This document shows positions 18,713-25,336 of a stretch of 64,000 nucleotides of DNA, piece by piece. The DNA comes from an uncultured Oleiphilus sp. (GTDB taxonomy: Bacteria > Pseudomonadota > Gammaproteobacteria > Pseudomonadales > Oleiphilaceae): positions 1,493 to 65,492 of the forward strand of contig CAJWBE010000017.1 in NCBI GenBank assembly GCA_913020045.1, read 5' to 3'. A program made the translations under genes and the position numbers. The notes below the pieces were generated by a model that made no database searches, was not told where the DNA came from, and saw only the letters and a list, made by a program, of their open reading frames with translations. How positions within the stretch are numbered: the first letter of the stretch is position 1; each line of letters starts with the position of its first letter.

Positions 18713-18914
18713 AATCACCCTCACTGTAACGACTTAGGTCAGGATTATGTTCCTAAGTATGTGCGCTTCTGCGGTTCTCTCCATAGCACTTAAGTAACGC
18801 AATGTAAGGGTGTGAGCTAGCACTCAATTGCTCTCCAATAAGTTCAACTACACTAGAAAACATCGTAATTAAGACCTGTTGTCTTGAAGCATAGGTCAAT
18901 TGAGGACACTCGCC

Positions 18915-20150
18915 ATGACGGTCTCGAAGATTAACTACAAACAATTAGCGAAAACATTACCAAGCTGTATTGTTCTTGCCACTGCCTGCTTAGCAACGAA
19001 TGTAGCCCTTGCGGGTGATCGCGAACAGGCTAAACGAATACATGATCGTATCGCAGGGGTGCCTCCAACTCAGGCAGTGCTCGACTTGATGGAAGCCGAC
19101 ATTGCTGCCGGTGATGCGCAAGCTGCAGCAGATAGAGCGATGGAAAACGACGGTTTCTACAATGTCACGCTTAAAAACTTTGTTGCTCCATGGACCAATG
19201 AAGCGATGTCTAGTTTCGTTCCGCTCAACGATTACACGGCAACCGTGATTGGCATCGTTAAGGATAATGAAGACTTTCGAACAATTCTCTACGATGACGT
19301 TTTATATGTCGCAGACGATAGCCTTGGTTTGACTGAATACTCTGTCAGCGACAACGACCACTACGAAGAATTGGAAGCGAGCGGTGAAAGCCTTCAAGAC
19401 AACCTAGTTCGCGTACCTCAATCAAGTGAAAATGATATCCCAAGCACCGATACCGCAGGGATTATGACTTCGCGGGCTGCTGCGCAAGCATTTTTCAGCG
19501 CCGGCACCAATCGCGCTATGTTCCGCTTCACCATGCTGAACCACCTTTGCAACGATATGGAGCAGGTCAATGACACGACACGCCCACCCGATCGCGTACG
19601 GCAAGATATTTCAAGAAGCCCTGGCGGCGATAGCAGAATATTTCTGAATAGCTGCGTAGGGTGTCATAGCGGCATGGACCCCTTAGCTCAGGCATTCGCC
19701 TACTTTGACTTCGAATATGATGCGAACGCCGACCCAGATGGACTATTTGGCGAACTCGTCTACAACACAATTGGCACTGTTGACCCAGACTCCGGCACTC
19801 GGGTGCAGGGAAAATATTTGATCAACGCAACCAATTTTGAGCATGGTTTTATTACACCTGACGATCGCTGGGACAACTACTGGCGTCAAGGGGCGAATCG
19901 ATTCCTAGGCTGGGACCCGAGCGGCGACGGATTTGGTAACGGCGCAAAGTCTATGGGACAAGAGCTCGCAAATTCAGATGCCTTTGCTCAGTGTCAGGTT
20001 AAAAAAGTATTCAAGAACGTTTGTCTTCGTGAGCCGGGCGACAGTAACGACCGCGACCAAGTTGACGACATGGTTGATTCGTTTGAAGCAAGTGGCTACA
20101 ACCTAAAGCAAGTCTTTGCTGATTCCGCCACCTACTGCATGGGGCCTTAA
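18915..20150 (+). CDS. Secreted CXXCH protein, DUF1588-like
   Basis: GAGGA lies 8 nt before the ATG at 18915. It has a signal peptide (IVLATACLATNVALA). NSCVGCHSGMDPL resembles the C..CH..DP motif I associate with the DUF1585/1588 group. Confidence 0.6.
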   Translation: MTVSKINYKQLAKTLPSCIVLATACLATNVALAGDREQAKRIHDRIAGVPPTQAVLDLMEADIAAGDAQAAADRAMENDGFYNVTLKNFVAPWTNEAMSSFVPLNDYTATVIGIVKDNEDFRTILYDDVLYVADDSLGLTEYSVSDNDHYEELEASGESLQDNLVRVPQSSENDIPSTDTAGIMTSRAAAQAFFSAGTNRAMFRFTMLNHLCNDMEQVNDTTRPPDRVRQDISRSPGGDSRIFLNSCVGCHSGMDPLAQAFAYFDFEYDANADPDGLFGELVYNTIGTVDPDSGTRVQGKYLINATNFEHGFITPDDRWDNYWRQGANRFLGWDPSGDGFGNGAKSMGQELANSDAFAQCQVKKVFKNVCLREPGDSNDRDQVDDMVDSFEASGYNLKQVFADSATYCMGP

Positions 20151-20206
20151 GAGTGAACATTTTCAAGCACTCCCCGCGTGAGATGACCAAATTTGGAGAA
20201 GGAACC

Positions 20207-22693
20207 ATGAGCCATTTAAGAAGCAAACTTTCAAAACTATTGCTGTTATTCAGTGCCTCTATCCTAATAAGCGCATGTGGCTCTGGGCAGTCGACAGAAG
20301 ACCTTCCAGACCTCAGTGGCTCTGGATCAGGTTCCAGCTCACTATATAGTGGCGAAACCGCTCGTACCGATGATATTGCCAGCTTCCAAGAAAACTTTTG
20401 GACGCCTCTACTGAACGAAGCAAGCTGCGAAACGTGTCATGGCGCGGGTGGACAAACGCCTACCTTCGTGCGTGATGACAACATCAACCTTGCCTACGCT
20501 GAAGCTAATTCGGTCGTAGACTCTAACGACCCAGCCTCATCGGATATCGTTGAGAAAGTGCGAAATGGACATAACTGTTGGGAGGCCTCAGACAATGCAT
20601 GTGCAGCGTTAATGACAGCCTTTATTGAAAACTGGCTAGCGGCAGACACCAGCGCGCAGAAAGAAATTGTACTTCGAGCACCTGAAATAAAAGACCCTGG
20701 CGCAACCAAAGTATTCCCTCAAACTAGTGCTGGTTTCGGCGGCATTCATACACTACTCACTACATATTGTTCCGACTGCCACGTGCAGGGAATACAAACT
20801 CCGTTCATTGGCAGTAGCGACATTGATGTCTCTTACGACGCCGCGAAGAACAGAATTGATCTAGAACTCCCCTCTGCTTCGCGCTTAGTACAGCGGCTAC
20901 GAACCGAATTTCACAACTGTTGGGGCGGCGATTGCGGCACCTCCGCGACTGAAATGCAAAATGCCATTGCAGCGTATGCCGATGGTATCGACACCGGCGA
21001 CTTCGACGACACGCTCGTCACCAGTAAAGCCCTATCACTCACACAGGATGGTATTGCCGCGAATACCGGCGGACGCTTCGAAGATGACGTCATCGCACTG
21101 TATGAATTCAAAACAGGCGAAGGCTCGGTTGCTTACGACACTAGCGGCATCTCTCCGCTACTAAACCTAGGTCTTTCAGGTAACGTTGATTGGGTTGGTG
21201 GCTGGGGTATTCGAGTTGGGCCCGCTTATCTTGATGAAGAAACCATGCTGAATATCGGCAATGGTAAAGCACAAGGTTCAACCTCTTCGAGTAAAAAAAT
21301 ATATGACTTGATTGTCGCGGGACGCGGCGAGTACAGCCTGGAAGCGTGGGTGGTCCCGAATAACGTTTCACAAGAAGATGCCCGCATCATTAGTTACTCA
21401 GGCTCAGAAACCACACGAAACTTCGCGTTAGGACAAACCCTGTACAACTATGATGTGCTTCAACGCAGTTCTACCACTGACCAAAATGAAGCGTTTTCGA
21501 CCGCGGATGGCGACGAGCGCTTGCAAGCGACACTTCAGCATGTGGTCGTGACCTATAAACCCACTGAAGGTCGACGTATCTATGTGAATGGCACGTTTAC
21601 CGATGATATTGATACTGACGGTGTTGGAGGCTCTCTCGCTGAATGGCAGGATAACTTTGCATTCGTCCTTGGAAACGAAACAGACGGCAACTCGCTATGG
21701 CAAGGTACGCTGCGCATGGTGGCTGTTCATAATCGCGTTCTCACACAAGAACAGATCTCTCAGAACTACAATGTTGGCGTCGGTGAGAAGTTCTTTTTAC
21801 TGTTCAGCATTTCGGAAAACATTGGGGTAAACGAAGCTTACGTGGTGTTTGAAGTAAGTCAGTTCGACAGCTACAGCTATTTATTCAGCAACCCCTTCTT
21901 CGTGACACTAGACGAAACAGAAACGTTTAGCGGCATCGCACTCGCTGGCATGAAGATAGGGATTAATGGCAAAGAAGCGACGGTAGGACAAGCCTACAAG
22001 AATCTTAGCCTGACACTTGATAGCAGTGCCTTTGTAGAGGGACGTCAAACGCTTTCGGATATTGGCACCATCATTAACTTAGAGCTGGGACCAGATAGCG
22101 ATGAATTCTTCCTCAGTTTTGAAACGCTTGGTGGGGAAAGCAATGTTGTCGTTGAAGGTGAGCTTACGGATCCAGCCGCGCCGGCGGATCTCGATGACGC
22201 TTCAGACATCGGACTTAAAACCTTCGATGAAATCAATGCAAGTATGTCTGTCATGACAGACATACCCGTTACACAAAGTGCCGTTGCCGCCACCTATACC
22301 ACTATTCGCCAACAGCTACCGACTGTTGAAGCGGTCGGAGGCTTCTTGTCTGCGCATCAAATGGCTGTCACACAGTTAGCCATTCAATACTGTAATGCAT
22401 TGGTAGAAGATAACGTCGTTAGAGCGAGCTACTTCCCCGGCTTTGATTTTAACGAAGCTTATAGTGATGCATTTGATGCCCCGGGACGCGCTCTTATTAT
22501 CGACCCGCTTTTAGATCGTATGGTTGGGAGCTCTTTAGACTCGCAGCCGAGTGATATCGACGTTGAAGACGAACTCAATGATTTGATGGATATACTGACA
22601 GTTTGTTCCGGTGACTGCAGTGATCGCACCGAAACCGTTGTTAAAGCCACTTGTGCTGCTGTATTGGGCAGTGCCACAACCTTAGTCCAATAA
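20207..22693 (+). CDS. Lipoprotein with duplicated CXXCH modules and a LamG (concanavalin-like) domain
   Basis: The ATG at 20207 has GGAGAAGG upstream. Lipobox LISAC. CETCH and CSDCH are each followed by HNCW. The LamG-like core is YSLEAWVVPNN...LQHVVVTYKPTEGRRIYVNG...LWQGTLRMVAVHNRVLTQEQISQNY. Confidence 0.7.
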   Translation: MSHLRSKLSKLLLLFSASILISACGSGQSTEDLPDLSGSGSGSSSLYSGETARTDDIASFQENFWTPLLNEASCETCHGAGGQTPTFVRDDNINLAYAEANSVVDSNDPASSDIVEKVRNGHNCWEASDNACAALMTAFIENWLAADTSAQKEIVLRAPEIKDPGATKVFPQTSAGFGGIHTLLTTYCSDCHVQGIQTPFIGSSDIDVSYDAAKNRIDLELPSASRLVQRLRTEFHNCWGGDCGTSATEMQNAIAAYADGIDTGDFDDTLVTSKALSLTQDGIAANTGGRFEDDVIALYEFKTGEGSVAYDTSGISPLLNLGLSGNVDWVGGWGIRVGPAYLDEETMLNIGNGKAQGSTSSSKKIYDLIVAGRGEYSLEAWVVPNNVSQEDARIISYSGSETTRNFALGQTLYNYDVLQRSSTTDQNEAFSTADGDERLQATLQHVVVTYKPTEGRRIYVNGTFTDDIDTDGVGGSLAEWQDNFAFVLGNETDGNSLWQGTLRMVAVHNRVLTQEQISQNYNVGVGEKFFLLFSISENIGVNEAYVVFEVSQFDSYSYLFSNPFFVTLDETETFSGIALAGMKIGINGKEATVGQAYKNLSLTLDSSAFVEGRQTLSDIGTIINLELGPDSDEFFLSFETLGGESNVVVEGELTDPAAPADLDDASDIGLKTFDEINASMSVMTDIPVTQSAVAATYTTIRQQLPTVEAVGGFLSAHQMAVTQLAIQYCNALVEDNVVRASYFPGFDFNEAYSDAFDAPGRALIIDPLLDRMVGSSLDSQPSDIDVEDELNDLMDILTVCSGDCSDRTETVVKATCAAVLGSATTLVQ

Positions 22694-22717
22694 GCAGCGG
22701 TTCAGGAGGAATTTATA

Positions 22718-24298
22718 ATGATTATTAAACCAACGAAAAAGCAGACACTTGAGCTCAACGATCCGCTACAACATAGTGATCACGCTAAGCCGAAAACGCG
22801 TCGCGAGTTTATTGCGCAAGGTTTTGCCGCTGGCGGCGCTAGCGTGTTCGGCGCCTCAGCGTTAAGCCTCTTTGCTAACCCAAACCAAGCGTATGCGGCA
22901 CTCTCTTCAGACTTAGAGGCCCTCAAAGCTTCGTGCGGTATCGCAACCGAGGGTGCTGGAAAAATTCCATTTATCTGCATCGACTTAGCCGGTGGCGCAA
23001 ATATCGCGGGTTCGAATGTCTTGGTAGGCAGAAATGGTGGTCAGAAAGAATTTCTCACCACGGCAGGCTACAGTAAGCTTGGCCTTCCCGCTGATATGAT
23101 TCCAACGGCTCCCAATATGGCATCGGCCTCAGGCGACCATATCAACGAAGATTTGGGCATTGCCTTTCACTCGGAAAGTGCATTTTTACGCGGTATTCAA
23201 GAGCGCTGCTCTGCCGACACCCAAGCAGCGATTGACGGAGCGGTAATACCCGCTCGATCAGAAAATGACACAGGTAACAACCCACACAACCCTATGTACG
23301 GTATCTATCGTGCCGGTGCAGACGGTTCGTTGTTGAGCTTAATCGGCTCACGCAGTTCTGAGTCCGGCGGCAACTCAATGGCGCCCATGGACTTAATTGA
23401 CCCATCTGTTCGTCCAACCAAAATCGATCGACCTAGTGATGTTACTGGCTTAGTCGATGTTGGTGACTTGGTAGGACTGCTCAGTCAAGACGATGCAGTA
23501 GCGGTAATGGAGTCTATTCAGCGCATCAGCGACCAGAAAATGAATCAAGTGAATGCATTTCAAGACGTTTCCGCTCGGGACGTGGTAAATGATTTAGTGC
23601 GATGCGGCTATGTAAAAAGTGCCGATATCGCCGACCGCTTCGGTAACCCGAACTCACTAAACCCTGAAGCTGACGTAGACATTGTCGGACCCAGCGGTAT
23701 ATTTAGTACCGACGAATTCAATAGCGAAGGAGAGTTTCGCAAAGCCGCCTCAGTCATGAAACTTGTTGTAAATGGCTATGCCGGCGCCGGCACTATCACG
23801 ATGGGTGGTTTTGACTATCACACGGGTGAACGTGGCACAGGAGAACAAAGAGACTTACGCGCGGGACGATGCATGGGGGCATGCCTCGAATACGCAAAAC
23901 GTATGAACCAGCCATTAATGCTGTATGTGTGTTCAGATGGATCGGTGGCTAGTAATGGAAGAATCGATGACAGCATGGCAGGGGCAGGAAAAGGTGAATG
24001 GACCGGCGATAATCAATCGACCGCGGCCTCTTTCTTTCTCGTTTACAACCCTGGCGGACGAGCAGGACTTGTCGACAACAATGAAAGCAGACGTCAAATC
24101 GGTTATATGCGCTCTGATGCCTCGGTAGAGACCTCCTCAAGTCCCGCGGCTAACAATGTTAACTTGCTAGTGCAAACCGTCTTATTAAACTACATGGCAC
24201 TTAATGGAGAACAAGCAAGTTTCGAGGATCGCTTTATGAATCACGGACTAGGTAACGCAACGCTCCGTGACAGTCTAGTAGCATTCAACCCATTGTGA
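22718..24298 (+). CDS. Tat-signal periplasmic protein, DUF1501/DUF1552-like
   Basis: AGGAGG RBS. Twin-arginine leader KTRREFIAQGFAAGGASVFGASAL. FICIDLAGGANIAGSN and GGFDYHTGERG resemble the metal-site motifs of the DUF1501 (sulfatase/phosphatase-fold) class. Confidence 0.6.
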   Translation: MIIKPTKKQTLELNDPLQHSDHAKPKTRREFIAQGFAAGGASVFGASALSLFANPNQAYAALSSDLEALKASCGIATEGAGKIPFICIDLAGGANIAGSNVLVGRNGGQKEFLTTAGYSKLGLPADMIPTAPNMASASGDHINEDLGIAFHSESAFLRGIQERCSADTQAAIDGAVIPARSENDTGNNPHNPMYGIYRAGADGSLLSLIGSRSSESGGNSMAPMDLIDPSVRPTKIDRPSDVTGLVDVGDLVGLLSQDDAVAVMESIQRISDQKMNQVNAFQDVSARDVVNDLVRCGYVKSADIADRFGNPNSLNPEADVDIVGPSGIFSTDEFNSEGEFRKAASVMKLVVNGYAGAGTITMGGFDYHTGERGTGEQRDLRAGRCMGACLEYAKRMNQPLMLYVCSDGSVASNGRIDDSMAGAGKGEWTGDNQSTAASFFLVYNPGGRAGLVDNNESRRQIGYMRSDASVETSSSPAANNVNLLVQTVLLNYMALNGEQASFEDRFMNHGLGNATLRDSLVAFNPL

Positions 24299-24346
24299 GC
24301 CATTAGCCTTGAAGGACCAAACAGGCTACTCAGACGATCTGAAGCA

Positions 24347-25336
24347 CTATTGCGGCGAGGTTAAACCCGCGGAATAGTGCATATTCCTATTCTGATCAAT
24401 CAGGATAGCATCAACGCCAGTTAAGCTGTCGATCAACGCCAGCCCTCGCTGAGTGCCTAGAACAAATACCGCTGTCGACAAAGCGTCTGTATCAATAGCC
24501 TCTTCACCAATAACTGTCACGCTTTGCAGCTCCGCTGCGGGCTTGCCAGTGCTTGGCGACAGAATATGGTGAACTCTATCCCCATCGTCATCGATAAAGT
24601 AACGCTCGTAGTCACCCGATGTCGATACAGCGACATTTGAAAGCGGCAAACGAACGGCAAGCGACTCAGGCTGCCTTGGGTCCTTAATCCCAATTACCCA
24701 CTCTTCGCCACGTTTGGAACCGAGCAAACGCATATCTCCGCCCGCACTGACTCTAGCGTGTTTAATCCCTCGACCAATCAGCACTTCGACTGCCTTATCG
24801 ACTGAATAGCCTTTAGCCACACCGCCTAGATCTAAGCGAACACCCGGTTTCTTAAAGTAGATAGTTTGGTTATCTTTATCGAGTATCACCAAGCGGTAAT
24901 TTATTAAACTGATGGCAGGATCGATGACGGATTGCGAAGGTTGACGCTTTTCTCGGTAGTCATACAGGTAACCGACGGAAGCGAAAGTCATATCGAAGGC
25001 TCCGTCACTCAAACGCGACATTTCTATTGACGAATTTAAGACTTGAAATAGTGGCGACGAAACCACGACAGGGTGCGCGGCGGCCGTTCGATTGACATGC
25101 GACAACTCGGAACTTTCAGTATAACGATTCATCACTTCATCGACTTCACGAAAAACCGTCGCTAACTCCGCATCAATCGCTGCATGGTTTTCGCCTGAGG
25201 ACGCATCAAGCCAGTAACTCCACTCAATGTTCGTAGTCATCGCTTTAATCGCATGGCTATGCCAATCAGCCAACACATTTGTGGATACGACCGCTGCGGA
25301 AACGGCCAGCGCATTCAGGACACGTTTATAACTCAT
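24347..25336 (-). CDS. apbE: FAD:protein FMN transferase (ApbE family), periplasmic
   Basis: It has a signal peptide and the ApbE hallmarks SELSHVN, GAFDMT, RLDLGGVAKGYSVDKA, AGGDMRL, VSTSGDYERY, HHILSPSTGKP and TDALSTAVFVLG. Confidence 0.9.
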   Translation of the reverse strand: MSYKRVLNALAVSAAVVSTNVLADWHSHAIKAMTTNIEWSYWLDASSGENHAAIDAELATVFREVDEVMNRYTESSELSHVNRTAAAHPVVVSSPLFQVLNSSIEMSRLSDGAFDMTFASVGYLYDYREKRQPSQSVIDPAISLINYRLVILDKDNQTIYFKKPGVRLDLGGVAKGYSVDKAVEVLIGRGIKHARVSAGGDMRLLGSKRGEEWVIGIKDPRQPESLAVRLPLSNVAVSTSGDYERYFIDDDGDRVHHILSPSTGKPAAELQSVTVIGEEAIDTDALSTAVFVLGTQRGLALIDSLTGVDAILIDQNRNMHYSAGLTSPQ

